Shown piece after piece: positions 39,200 through 53,310 of a DNA stretch of 64,000 bases. The notes under the pieces are model-generated. The model saw nothing but the letters and a program-made list of their open reading frames with translations, did not search any database and was not told where the DNA came from. The position numbers and the translations under genes are program-made. The DNA comes from Chrysomallon squamiferum (taxonomy: Eukaryota > Animalia > Mollusca), in the NCBI GenBank assembly GCA_012295275.1, contig CM022671.1, positions 620,001 to 684,000 on the forward strand, given 5' to 3'. How positions within the stretch are numbered: the stretch's first letter is position 1; each line of letters opens with the position of its first letter.

Positions 39200-39761
39200 T
39201 GTGAGGAAACACCGATTTCTTGTGTTCCAAACAAATATTTCCACTATCTCACGGTTTCGTCCATTTTTTCTTGTAAACCTAGAAATATTGCATTTTCATC
39301 CGGGCACTTGGCATTGGTGCCATTCTTTGGTTTTTCACTATTTTGAATTTATCGAAAATAAATTAATGCCACAAAATATATTTGCTCTGAAAACGTTTGT
39401 CATAAATACAATTAATCAATTATTTTTAATTTTTCGCATCTTTAAACTTTTTTAAAATATTTTATTTACATACACGAACCATTATTTAAATGCGAATTTA
39501 AAAATCATTACAGGCATTTGTTCATAAAATTATTAAATTACAGATAACATATTTCTGTTTGTCAGATGAATCATGCATTAAATTAATTTTGTGTCATTAA
39601 TTTATTGACATGATTTTTAATGAATGAAATAAAAGACATTGATGCTTCCGTATCTATAATCACCGCGCACCTGCAAATAAACAACCGAATTCTCTACTCG
39701 ATGCGCTGTATTATTAATAAGCTTAGTATCGAGAACCAGTCAACAAATTCAGAAAACTTGA
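39200..39761. promoter_or_regulatory. Putative bidirectional promoter and 5' UTRs shared by Cav1 and DCP1
   Basis: 562 bp between divergent ATGs; the main non-exonic CpG cluster in an otherwise CpG-depleted window. Confidence 0.7.
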
Positions 39762-39881
39762 ATGGCGGAAAGTAGAATGAATCTAGCTGCTCTGCAGCAA
39801 AGAGATCCATATATCACCGACATAGTGGAGACAGCTTCACAAGTAGCGTTATATTCTTTTAGTTCTAAAGTTAACGAATGG
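39762..39881 (+). CDS. DCP1: mRNA-decapping enzyme subunit DCP1 exon 1 (EVH1 domain start: MAESRMNLAALQQRDPYITDIVETASQVALYSFSSKVNEW)
   Basis: Matches the DCP1A/B N-terminus pattern (MSLAAL...DPYI..I.....QVALY.F....N.W); TGG|GTAAGT donor. Confidence 0.95.
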
Positions 39882-40273
39882 GTAAGTATGCATGACATTG
39901 CTAAAGACATGGTTCCTTTCTCTAAATATACTATAAGTTGTTGTAAACATAGTGTTTTAAAACCACGATATTCACATAAATCTTGAAAATAGAAACAACC
40001 CAGACGTTTGTTCTTGACAGCTGCAGAATGCAGCATGGATTGGATTCAGTGCATATGTTAACCTACTTTAGACTATTATTAAATCGGTAATTTGTCTTTC
40101 TTTTTCACTGTTGTTTCCAATTTTATTGAGAATATCCTGATAACAGATATACTCAATAGCAATGATTCGCGTAACGACGTAATTAAAGTCTATTATCTAT
40201 AGTCTTGCTGAGATGAAATTTCACCACAGTATAACATATAGTAACAATCAAAAACAATGCACACAGATTAACT

Positions 40274-40373
<100 letters not shown>

Positions 40374-41153
40374 AACATATGTTTGGAATAAAGTTAAAAC
40401 TACAAAAAGTACAATAGTGTAATAATTATCTAAGAGCAATCAAACTTGAACATTACTTAGACATAAACAATTTAGTTTTATTGTGTGCTGTTTGTTTACT
40501 AAGGTTTAAGCATTACTACATTTTATAAAAAAGCTGAAAGAAAAAATACTTATTTTTAGCAAGCAGTTCTTTCCAAATGAAATTATGTTAAATTGTATAA
40601 TTATATCAGTTTTTACAGTTGTGAACATCGCTTATGAAATAATTATTCACAGATACGGCATACTTGTTTAACTTATTATGCTGTGAACCATAAGCATAGC
40701 TGTTAACCACTGGTTAGAAATTATTACAAATAAATTAGTATACACCTCAAATAAATATAATGTATAACCCATATTTTAAAATAAAATAGAATAGATATAT
40801 ATATCAATGTCATAAAGATCCTTCATACACATACATAAAATATCATTTATTTGAATAAAGCACATTATAAAATACTTCATATTCATGTATTAAAATTCAA
40901 TGAAGAGATAAAATCATAAACGTTTTCTTTATTTTGACTTTTTACATCTTCAGACATTGGTTTCATAAGGAACAACTGATTGATGATTATTTAAAGTTTT
41001 CTTGTTATTTTTTCAAGTTGCTTATTAAATATTAATATATTGATTGTTATAGCCAAACTACTAATAGATTTTATTTTTTGCAAGACATAAAATTTGTACT
41101 AAATATACATTTGCAATAAACACATAAAAACAAGCCAATGTAAAAATAAAATA

Positions 41154-41285
41154 CAGCAGTGCCTTTACTTAAGCGTTTAATAGGTTCCGAGACCAAGCTC
41201 GTAACTCAGTTTGCTTGTATATCAAATCATTTTTCCCAACAGAAATTAAATGAAATACCATTAATCTGATCCAGTCCCCCAAAAT

Positions 41286-41317
<32 letters not shown>

Positions 41318-41870
41318 GTAACATGTTTTTAAATAAGAAAAATGAATGTATAGGTGGCAAATATTGTATAAAAACAAAATAAATTGGTATTGAAAAGTGT
41401 ATTTATCTTGGAGATCAGACAAATTATTTTAACATCTTTGGCTGGAGTTACAGCCTTTATCAACTCCTTCTGCTTCAGTATGATACATATCGTACACTTA
41501 TACTGCATAGCCATGTTGACTACATGCACACCTTGCTCATGTTCTATGATTTCATGCTTTAATTCAATGGACATCATCCACTTCTTCTCAGCACTGTCCT
41601 TTGCACTCTCTTACAATCCATGTCAGACAAAAGAAATTTGGCAAAATACTGCACAAAATACGAACACAACACAACAGGTTACCATGGTGAGGTAACCACT
41701 TGAAGCAAATGAGTGAGACATGGGATGCTGGGTGGATGTTGTGTTGTTCAATGCACCCACTAATGGCAGTGTATCTGAAGTGCACTCGTAACTCAAAGAA
41801 AAAAAATCACCAAGCAACTGCTCATAACTCAGAAAACTCATAAGTTGAGGCACGTGTGAGTCAAACATTG
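41154..41870 (-). mobile_element. Internally deleted Tigger/pogo-type DNA transposon in DCP1 intron 1
   Basis: TA|CAG... left end; inverted GTGCCTTTACTTA / TAAGTTGAGGCAC near the ends; minus-strand remnant MMSIELKHEIIEHEQGVHVVNMAMQY..TICIILKQKELIKAVTPAK resembles the CENP-B-like HTH of Tigger transposases. Confidence 0.8.
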
Positions 41871-43843
41871 TATTTTTGTACAGTATGAATAAAATCCAGA
41901 ACTGTTATCATACCATGAATTAAAATAGATTAAGATTGTTTCATCTAAAATGACTAAAATTGACTTGATGTTCATAATCCCATTCTTGACATTAGCTGAG
42001 TACTGACTGAAAAATAATATTACTACTCAATAACATAAAAAAAATGTCTTGCATGTTTTTCATTTTATTCATTTTTAAAATACTCAGATGTTTAGTCATT
42101 GCAAATCAGTAAAGATTCCCAGACAGACACTGAACTCTATAATCACTCAGGCACCTAGTCAGTACCTTGTCAAAATGCAATACTTTTCACATAAAATATA
42201 TTTATTTATTTGTTAAAGAGAGTCACCTAACTTGCCACAGTTAAGATTATAGATTAATGTGAACCTGGCACTGAATATTTTTTTGGTATAAATTTACATT
42301 ATCTATAAAATAATTTTTCTCATTAAATTACTAACAAAAATTGGTTTTTCTATTTGCGAATGCTCCTAGTTTAATTATGCAATAGCTGTATACTTTTGAG
42401 AAATAGTATAATAATGCAAGTCTTGACATATTATTTATACATATGTTCACAAATTTAATTTTTGTCTAACTATTATTAAAATTCACATTTATTTGCATTT
42501 GCTAATTAAATGAATTCTAAAAAGTTTTTTTCTTTGTTATAATTTAAAAGATTTTAGTGATATGGTGAACAGTAATTAAAACATTTGTTATATAAATAAA
42601 TAAATAAATAAATAAATAATATAAAAAAAGGGTTCTTTTAAAATCTCCATATTTATAAAATTATAAAAGTTAATAATTCTGAAAAAAGAGGTCATTAGTA
42701 TAACAGATAAATGAAATTTGACATTTTTATAAAATATTAAAAACATTTTAAAGATAATACAGTTATTACAGTATTTTATTATTGTTTGAAGAATAATTAT
42801 AGACTGAAAACCTCTTATCTAAATTCTGTTTTGTTCAGTTTATTTTGAGGAAATCATAAAATAACTTAAGAAAAATCTGTAGTAAGGGAGATAACTGCAT
42901 GCTTTACATTTGGACTCAAAGGTACATGAAATAAGTTAAAAATTTAAAAATGTATTTGCTTTATAAATAATAATGCTAAAAGTAAGCAATAATTTTTAAA
43001 AAATTCTTAAATAAAAGTAAAATTTATTACTAAGTAGTTTTTAAAGACGGAGAATATATTATTTATTTCATGTTCATTGAATTAATAATTTTAAAAACAT
43101 ATTTTTTTTCTTCTTAATGGTTTTTATATGATAAAACAAAATAGAAATGTAAAATATATTGATAGATATGTTTCATCCATTATTCATAGGGTGCTTAAAT
43201 ATTAATGTTTTAAACTTCTGTATTACAGTTATTAAAAATTACATTATTTGGCAGACATGGCACTTAAAATGTTAACACTATTTTAAATAACACTGTTAAA
43301 TTTTATGTTTCTATAATTTTAAAAACCTGAATAATAATAAACAATGTTAGTTCTAAGGGGTTTTGTGTTTCATTTGGGGATTTGTTTAGTTTTTTTCATT
43401 ATTATTTATTTTTATTTTTTGTTTTTTTTAATATTATTTTTTCTTAAAATAAAAATAGTGCTTACATTATATTTAAAATAATTAATACCTTCAGTCATAA
43501 AAGACAACTTTATTTTATGTTTGATATATAAAATATATTTTAATATTTTGAAAATCAACACAATCCTCTTTTAGAATTGGAAAAAACCATGAGAGGATGA
43601 GTCTTTAGTATTTTGCCAAACAAATTAAAAAACAAAAACAAAAACAACTATTTAAGAAAGTCTTTTTTTAAATTTTATTTAATTTTATTTTGTTCTGTTC
43701 TGTTCTATTCTATTTTTGGTGAGTTATAAGTATAACCATTTTCAGTTTTAACTGGTGAAGAAATATGACATGATTTCAACGCAAAATATATTGCCTAATA
43801 GTCACAAGCAGTTATTAGAATGATAATATCTGACTGCCTAAAG

Positions 43844-44139
43844 CATAGGTTTTCAACCTGGGGGTTGTGACCCCCAGAGGGGTCACTAGCCTTTTTTCTG
43901 GGGGTCGCGAGATCGTTCTTCAGTGGCAGTATGTTTTAGCTTTTTTCAACTTGACTTGGAAGGAAGAATAAATAAAAACGTGTAGATAGGTTTGGGACCC
44001 CTCATAGTGAATATAGATTCCTTTTGTATGAAAATACAGTAACCCTAGGTATTACTGAATCAAACAATTTGAAGGGGGTCATCGGTCATATTGAGTTACT
44101 CATAAGGGGTTGTGGTATGAAAATGGTTTGTTTTCTGTG
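43844..44139. mobile_element. Degenerate hAT/Charlie-like MITE
   Basis: Ends CATAGGTTTTCAACCTGGGGGT... and ...GGGGTTGTGGTATGAAAATGGTTTG; repeated GGGGTC(G/A)C sub-terminal motifs. Confidence 0.6.
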
Positions 44140-45824
44140 AATTAGTAAAGTCTTAAAAATTATCCATTCTGAAATGTTACCATATATGAATTAAGATTTA
44201 AAAAATAAACATAAATTGACATTTATTAATTAAAAATCATTTATAAAATAGAAATTGCTTATTTCAAAAATACTTTTTGTATGTGAGCATGTTTTCTAAT
44301 AATAGTTGTAATGAACAAAAAATTATAAAAATCAACAAAATGAAAAAAGTAATTAATTAAATTAAATAATAATAAAACTGACGATTCTTTGCTATTAATT
44401 TTTTATTTAGAATTTATAGATATTTAAAAGTCTTTGCTTTCAGTACTTAAATATATATAGAACAAAAAGCACTTAAATCTGAGACATTTATATATTACTG
44501 TCATGCTCTGCAATTTTATTTTAGTTGTATCTGCACAGTTAATAGCCTGAATGTGTGCACATTTTGTACAATCTGAACTACTACAATGACATTCCAGATT
44601 AAGGATATCTTATTCTACATTTACAAAATCCAGGTCTTTTCAAGCAGATGAACTAGTGATATCTTACAGTGAAAAAATACTGTTAAAAATATTATAAAAA
44701 TATCTGTAGATTATCTTTATAAGCTGTATATGAAATGTAAATGGAATTTGTGTTTTAGACTTAAATCCTGTTCTCTGATCATATCCTCAACCTTTATTAA
44801 TATTAATTATATGCATTTATTTCCTTTGTCTTCAGAGTACAAATAAAATATATTCTGTAGTCAGAACTGAAGAAGCCTGATTTTATACATTGTTTTGTGT
44901 TTTATTACCAACAGCAAAGATTTTGCGTTAGGAAAATGGCCATAGATCCTGCTGTGAAGAATAAATATCAACTGGAAATTTACCTTTAACAGTTTTTCAT
45001 CTCAGGGATTTAAAAAAATAAATGAAACAAAAAAGGAAAATAAAGTAAAGAGATTTAAAAATAATAATAATAAAAAGGATAAATACTTTAAAAACAAAAA
45101 AAAAAAAAAAAAAAGTTTTCCTTGACTGAAGATTTGTATAGATAAATAAATTTAAAAATTTCAGCATTGTGAATTGCTATTTACAGGAGTAGAGAGTGGA
45201 TGTGGAAATATTTCTATGACTTGAAATTTACAGAGGTAGAGAAAAAACCATTATGAATAAAACAGATACTGTTAATACAGACAGTGATATTTTTTATAAC
45301 AACCTCAACATAAATAGTACACGAAGAATTGATTATTATTTTATGTAACTCCATTAAGAAAATGCAGATAAAATGTTATTCACAAACATTCCTTAATGTT
45401 GTTTCCAGAAAATATTTATTGTGAATCGCTGCAAAATGCAAAACCATGCATCATAATTTGATACTTCAGTTTTGGGTGTCTGCTCCATTTTGGCACTGTT
45501 CATGGTTTAATGCATTAGTGTTCAAGTGTACTTACATGCATGTATTTGTTTTATTTTTATTTTTATTTATTTATATCTTTTTTATAATTTTTTTTTTTTA
45601 TAAATAAACCATAACAGATATTTCAGGTGAATCATCTTTTGTCTTAAACCTGATATAAAAGATTCTGTAGATATATAAACCGTTTGATATATTACAGCAA
45701 ATTACCCTCCCTTGCAAAAAAAATAATAATAATAATAAATAATAATAATAATAATAATGAATATTTATAATACTCGGTGAAATATATTTCTAATCGCATT
45801 TTTTTTTTTTTTTTTTTTCAAAAG

Positions 45825-45865
45825 GAGAAAACATCTATTGAAGGATCACTGTTTGTCTACAAGAG
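45825..45865 (+). CDS. DCP1: DCP1 exon 2 (EKTSIEGSLFVYK-R)
   Basis: Long poly-T tract plus AAG acceptor, AG|GTAAGT donor; matches DCP1 EKTD(I/V)EGTLFVY; I found no exon 3 within the window. Confidence 0.93.
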
Positions 45866-47953
45866 GTAAGTTTTTTCTTATTTATAAAAAATTTTTTTTA
45901 ATATATCTGGATGAAATTCTCATATTATTTATCATAGCATTTATTTAATAAAGTAGTAGTTTGATATAAAGGAAAATGACAGTCTAGGTGTATATATAAT
46001 TGGTTGTCACAATTTTTAGATTGACAAATTGTTCGTTTAAAAATCTGATATATCTGTCAAAAACACCATGAACTGTGTGGTTACTAAAAATGTTTTACTA
46101 ATCTCAAATGTAGTTTTAAATGTTTTATAATTTTCCTAACCCACATAACAGGTAATCAAACAAATATTTTAGAAGAAGAAACCCCATAAAATAAAGTTAT
46201 AAACAAGACTGAAAATGGCTGACAGTATTGTGATTTCTCAGAATTGTAGATATCGGAGATTAATTATTAAGCTTTAGGTTTCCTTGAGATTGTTTCAAAT
46301 TATTTACCAGTGTTAACCTAAGTCAAAAATGTAAATACAAAGTTCTTTAACTTCTCATATTATCAAAATATTTGTAATCTGACATTACATAGTATTATAT
46401 TTGTTATATATTGTGAATATGTGTTAACCAAAAGACATTACAGCGAGCACTTTTTATACAGGTAAATCCAGGTGATAGCACTGCATGTTATTTTGCTAAA
46501 ACCTGGCTTTATGCCCGAAGTAATATTTTAAGCACCTACCACAGTTACACTGATAAATACAAATTGGTTTTCAGACAAAGTGAAGGAAAATTAGTAAAAA
46601 TTAGAAAATACTGTTTTCATCTGCTGTCCAAAAAACAAAACAAAATGGCACTCAAAATACCCTTACATCAGCAAAGCAATTTGTTCATCAGTCTGTTGGT
46701 AAAACAGGCTAATTACATTTCTAAAAGAGGTTGTTTCTTCTTAAAGTAACTTCAGTATTTTGATATGATAAGACTTTTTTTTTATTTATTTAATTTTATG
46801 ATTGATAAAGATAACTTTCAAGACTTGTTATAAGAAAGTGTGAGGTTGAAATAAGAATTGCATAATCTCGGAGTGATCAGCTAAGAAAAGACAAGACGGC
46901 CATTATTAAAGCCACATGCTGCCTGTCACATGTTTGCATAGCTGTTAGGATGATCCGAAAAGAACAAAGTAGCACTTTCTGCCAAGAATCTTTTCACAGA
47001 GTAAATTACTGTCTGCAGTTAGTTGTCTTTCAGGACACTATAAACCTATTATTTAACATTACTGATCAGAGTTCTTTCTCTCTCTCCTAGTTTTTTCTTT
47101 GTCTCACAAAATCTTTTATCTTTCTCTTTCCCATTTTCAATGTTTGTACTACTTTTTTGAGGTTTTCTCTTTTTTTTTGGTTTATTGTCTTTCCATCTTT
47201 TTTCCATAATATTGGTCAGGTTTTCCTTTCCTTTTCTTTCTTTCTTTTCTGTTTTGTAATTCTTTAAATAAAACTTTTCTACAACTGCAGTCTTCCTCTT
47301 TCTTTCCCATTTTCATTCTTTCTTTGTCTTCTCTCATTTATTATTTCCATCCTTTACTTTTTTGTCTCTATCTCTCTCTCTTTCTCTCTTTCTCTCACTT
47401 GTTCTTATTCTACTCTATTTCTGGCTGGTACTTCAGACCTTTACAGATTAATCATCCATTTGTTCCATGTGGAAGACATAAGCAAGTACCTTAGTATGGG
47501 TCATATTTCAGAAAGCTTCATGTTCTAACAACACTCATTTGATCATGGCTCCTGGCTGGTAAATAAGTTCCTAATTACATCCACTGCACACAGAATACTG
47601 TGTGATAACCACTGCTGTAGACCTGTGTTATTTTAGGCTCTTTGAACCTGAGGTTTGTTTAAAATGTACCAAAGTTTATGTTGGTAATAATTCCATTATC
47701 ATAAACAATATTTATCGTATGGTACTATTTATTCATATTTAGAGTCAAACTGCAAGTAATAGATAAATGGGGGGGCGGGGAATGCTTATAAAGTTATAGT
47801 TTTCAAAAGTGTTCCTAAAGCAATCACATCAGTTTAAATATATTTTCTTCTTTGTACCTAGACACTGAAATTTTACCTGAATAGCAAACTGAATCTTTGT
47901 TAGATTCTTACATCAAAAATATAATATTAAAAAGTTGAACATAATTTTTATAG

Positions 47954-48003
<50 letters not shown>

Positions 48004-51000
48004 ACATTGCCTACTTATTACTGAAAACAAAATTTACTTAATTATTAATGTTTAACAAACTAACTATTGGCAATATGTATTCAAATTATGATGTGTGAAA
48101 TAGTTTTAATATTTACTACAGGTCTGCATTTGTTTTTTCCCCCGTTCTTTTATAATATTCCATTATTGTTGTGAATGTATTTGTGCAAAATGTTTGATTT
48201 TACAACTAATTGTTTGTTGTAGCCAAAAATTTGGCAAAACAAAAAAACACTGGCTTTATTTACACAATTGTCAATACACTGTGTATTACCAGTCACTGGA
48301 ATCTCTCAAATGTGTGAAGCATTGTGCAGAGCAGCTGAATTATTTCGGAACTTGAAGTTTTGTGTTTTGATTTAAAGTAAGCAGGTGATGTACTTTGAAG
48401 TTTTACGCTGTTACGCTAAACGCTGGCACCTCAGGTTGAGAAGGAACCTGATCAAGGGTTACTGTGCCAAAATCATCAACAGTAAACTGTGTGCTTGTGT
48501 CTCTGTTAATGAAAGTAGCATTATTTCACTTCATAAAGCTTTAAAAATACAACATATTCACATTCACTCAACATCAGTCTATTTCGTATATTTAAATGTT
48601 ATATAACCTAGCGTATCCACATCTTACAGAATTTTCTTTCTGCATGTGTTTACACCAGCTAGAACTATAACTGAATCTGTTATGCTAACCAAACTGCACT
48701 GCCAGTGATTACATTCATACCATAGTGTTGTGCATTAGTAATGAGTCAGATATTTACCATGACCTTTATAAACTAAACTAAACTTTGAGAATATTGGAAC
48801 AGGCTGGAGCTTAAAATACACTGACCTGAACCACCGCAGGACACAGGATCAAATCCTTTAATTTGCCAAAAGGACGTGTTCTAAGTATCCAATCAGTACA
48901 TCTGATTAATTAAAGGCTCTGATATTTATTTATGTACTTAGTGTCTGTGGGAAGATGTTTAATATCTAAAAGAAACTCACAGAGTTTTGCACATAAACAA
49001 AAAAAAATGTTTGCGATGCTATATCATATATGTAATATACATACTCACATAAATATTTAAAACAAATAAATAAATAAATAAAGACAGTTTTAACAGAAAC
49101 CATTGTATGTATGTGGAGCTGCACATATTTTCCAGTAGTATTTATATATATTTAAAATATCATTTATTTGATTTAAAACAACATTATTTTATATACTTTA
49201 GCATAAAAGAAATTGTTCCCCTATAATATAGGTTATTTAGTAATGCAGTACACTTACACTATAATTTCTAATGCACAAAAAAAAGAGTTATCACAAATGT
49301 ATTCGATTGTTAGTACTAAAACAAAAGAACTTTACAAATCTGTAGCTTTAAACCAGTATACTCAAACAAATAGTTATGGACGTGTACATTATACAGTCAC
49401 AGATGTTATTAATTATTAATAGGTGTAGTCTTTATTTTATTAGGTTTCAGTCTCGGATTCACCAAATTCATACTGATTCACAGCAGCACAGAGAGGCATC
49501 AGATTTACACAATTTCTTTTTCATTAACCCAGTTCTTCAACTCACACCCCAGGTACAGCATGCTTGAACACATAGCTGGTTACTAGGGCAAAGTGTGGGT
49601 AAAAAGAACTACACATGATAGTTTTATTAGTGAAGTCAAACGTGTGTGACAGGAAAATGCTGTATCCAGGCCTCACGTTCCTGTGTGTGTTTATATCTTT
49701 GTGTTGGCAGCCACCCAGCCCAGGTTATTTCAGTTACACATTAGACGTTGGTGTAACAATAAGTGTTTTAAGAACCCGAAGATGCTTACTTCTTACAGTT
49801 GTGTCAGGTTTTTTTTGTTTAGAGGTTCTTTTCCATTTTTTATAAATTATTTTATTTTTTATTTGATTGATTGATTGATTTATTATTATTATTTATATAT
49901 TATATTAATTATTTATTTTATTTTATTTTATGTAACTTTTTCTTATTTTTTTCTCCCCCATGAAGTTCAAGAGCCCCACATTATAAAAGCATGCATCATG
50001 TGTCAGGAATATCTTTGTTTACAAACTGTTTTTTCATCATTAAATAAGACACCAGAAGACACATATATATATACACTTCAGTGAATTGTTTCTTTTCTGT
50101 TTTTTAACCAGTGAAATAGATATTTACAGAAACTGCCATTAGTATTTTATAAACTTTTTAAAAGTTATTATTAGACTTATCTTTATTACCATACGTATTA
50201 ATAGCATAGAGATCCGTGTACATACATACATACATACATACATATATGTATATTGACAGTTTATTAAACATTATTTCTATTTAATTAATTATATGTTGGC
50301 TTTTGGTTCATTAACTAAAGATACACTATAAGTTAATACAATTCATGTGTCAGGTTGTTTTCTGTTTTGAAGGTTTTTATTTATTAAATGTTTAGAAGTT
50401 GCCATAATTAAGAATATATGCACATATTCTGTTTATATATTTGTGAGTTTTAAATATTTTCATACTTCAGAAAATCTGAATGCAGTATATACATTTAAAA
50501 AAAATCAGGTATGCATATTTCTTAGATATATGACTTGTTTCTCTTTTTTTTTTTAACTTTTGGTATGGATTTTTTTTTTTTTTTTTTTTTATTAAATCAA
50601 TCTTTAAGGATACTTCGTGATAAATGAAAACCATTGGCTCATTCAGCTCTTAATGGTTTTACTTCTAGAAAAGTAAAAAAGTGGAAGCAGTGAAACTAAT
50701 GATGCTGAAAACAGTTTGAAAATATTTGGACACACAACTGTGCAACTCATTACTTTTCTTCTTAGTCAGTTGTTGGTTTACTGTAGTTTGTTGTCAGTGT
50801 GCCTATTATAGCAAATTACACAGTAATTTAAATTGTGAGGCAAACATGCACATGTTCAGATACACCCAGACATCAAGATAAACTGTTTTCATTTACAAAG
50901 CACAGTCAATGGAAAAAGGAATTGTAGATAAAAACAAATCTTCAAAAATGTAGCTTTTCAAAAATATTTATGAAATTGGAACATTATGGGTTGATACTGG

Positions 51001-51044
51001 TGATTCAGTGAAACTTTAATGTTAACAATTATTACATTTCAAAG

Positions 51045-51660
51045 AAATAGTAGTTGTAGAATGATTTTGACAAACAAAACAGTATTTGTAGAATGATGAT
51101 GACAAACAAATAGTATTTAAAGAGTGATGATGACAAACAAATAGTTTTTAAAGAGTGATGATGACAAAAAAATAGTTGTAGAATGAAGATGACAAACAAA
51201 ATAGTATTTGTAGAATGATGATGTCAAACAAAACAGTATTTGTAGAATGATGATGACAAACAAATAGTATTTATAGAGTGATGATCTCAAACAAATAGTA
51301 TTTATAGAATGATGATCTCAAACAAATAGTATTTGTAGAATGATGATGACAAACAAATAGTATTTGTAGAATGATGATGACAAATAGTATTTGTAGAATG
51401 ATGATGACAAATAGTATTTGTAGAATGATATGACAAATAGTATTTATAGAGTGATGATCTCAAACAAATAGTATTTCTCAAACAAATAGTATTTGTAGAA
51501 TGATGATGACAAACAAATAGTATTTGTAGAATGATGATCTCAAACAAATAGTATTTGTAGAATGATGATGACAAATAGTATTTGTAGAATGATGATGACA
51601 AATAGTATTTGTAGAGTGATGATCTCAAACAAATAGCATGTGTAGAATAATGAGGACAAA
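51045..51660. repeat. Minisatellite, 27/31-bp unit (CAAATAGTATTTGTAGAATGATGATGA[CAAA]), about 20 copies, in DCP1 intron 2
   Basis: Direct reading of the repeated unit. Confidence 0.93.
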
Positions 51661-52198
51661 GAAAATCTACTCATAGGCTGCTCTTACAAATTAATAATGG
51701 AATATTTTCAGTAGTGGTTGGAACAATGTATAGACTATAAAAAAGAAAAAATTACTGAATATTCACAAATACATTATGGGTTTGTGTGTGTGTTTATGTG
51801 GTAAACCATATTTGCATTCAGTATAGTTTGCTTATGTTTGCATACCACTGTTTTCTTTTTGAAGTCTCATGTTTAAAAATATATGTTAGTTTTTTTCCTT
51901 TACTTTTTCTGAACTTATTTTTTCGTACATTTTCTGTTATTCACATTGTGCTAAAGCTTGTTGTAGGTATTTTTAAAATTACGCTTCTATGGAAAGGTTT
52001 TTAATTTTTTTTTTTTAAGTTATTTTTAGTGTTTCTGTGTTCTACTAAACACACTAATGCAGGTATCCTTTAGATACCTTCATATGGATTTGATTTTAAA
52101 AAAAACATTGTAAGTAACACTGGTTATACAAGTCTTTACTGTACCAACAGCTAAGTTTATTTTAAAAGTAGATGAGGATATGCAGATCTTTTTATAGC

Positions 52199-52253
<55 letters not shown>

Positions 52254-52592
52254 TTAATTATTATTTATTTTTTATCTGATAAGATGAATTCTCAAATATG
52301 CAGTTTCTATATTATCTTCAAGTATTAGTTTTAGCAGTGGCCACAATATACCAAATAATATTGAATATTCTAAGTTTTATCACTAATTCTGTCACAAATA
52401 ATTTTATTAAATAGGCTAAATATTGGTATTATTCTAGTGTTTGTTTTGCATTAAATATAAAGCTGTATACATGTCTATATGCAAGAATGTATGTGTTTTG
52501 GAAAATGAATTAAATTAAATATGGGAATATATATATATATTTTTTTATTTTTATTATTATTATTATTTTTTTTTTTTTTTCAACCAACAAAA

Positions 52593-52637
<45 letters not shown>

Positions 52638-53129
52638 GTAATAGATTATGAACATTTTCACCCAGTTTAACATAACAAAACCAAGTCACTGATTCTAAAA
52701 CTTTTTGAAAGTTAGACATTAAAATATCCTTTACAACTAAATTTAACATACTAAAATTCAGGGATTTCATACAAAACAGAACTAATCTTCTAAAGTGTAC
52801 TATAAAGTTCTTGGATTTTTTAACAAATTATTTTTTTTAAAACACTTGAATTACAGTCAGTGATTTATATATACCTTCAGAGCTTGAACACTGATCTACC
52901 TGTATTATTTTATGCATGTTTTATGATAATACTTGTGGCTTTTGTGTAATGAATACTGCAAGTTTGCTTATTCTCTTGTTGCCAGTTCCATTTATTTGTG
53001 CTCAGTTGTAACAACTGCCTACAAAGACAAGTAATTCAATTTGTCTGGAGGTTTGTTTGACATCAGTAAAAAATGTAGCTAAGTCTTTTTATGTCTTGAA
53101 AAAAAAAAAAAAAATCCTCCACCAAAATT

Positions 53130-53310
53130 TGATTTCCCATTCCAATGAGACTCACATGCCTTCCCCTTCCTGTCTGTGAGAAGGTAAAAATAAACCAAAT
53201 CCTTGCAGCTAATTATTAAAGAGTAGCCTATGTAGTATTGTTATGATAAAAACTTAGACAACTAACAAACAATAATAAAATGTTTTAAGACACTGTCAAA
53301 CAAACATTTG
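53130..53310 (+). mobile_element. Decayed SINE remnant (MetaSINE-like core)
   Basis: CCTGTCTGTGAGAAGG...ATCCTTGCAGCTAAT...AGAGTAGCCTATG resembles, from memory, the Meta domain core; related weaker remnants near 22750-22950 and 48840-48980. Confidence 0.45.

Noticed and set aside
48122-48155. CAG|G TCT GCA (R-S-A) resembling the start of DCP1 exon 3
   Set aside because: Continues as FVFSPVLL* with no HGF/NRL motif
52030-52079. CAG|GTATCCTTT (U12 donor-like) within a small hairpin in DCP1 intron 2, and other RTATCCTTT hits (about 3058, 20524, 20809, 22594, 52725, 63466)
   Set aside because: A few such 9-mers are expected by chance in 64 kb of AT-rich DNA on both strands; the putative 33-nt exon has an in-frame stop and no matching U12 branch or acceptor was seen
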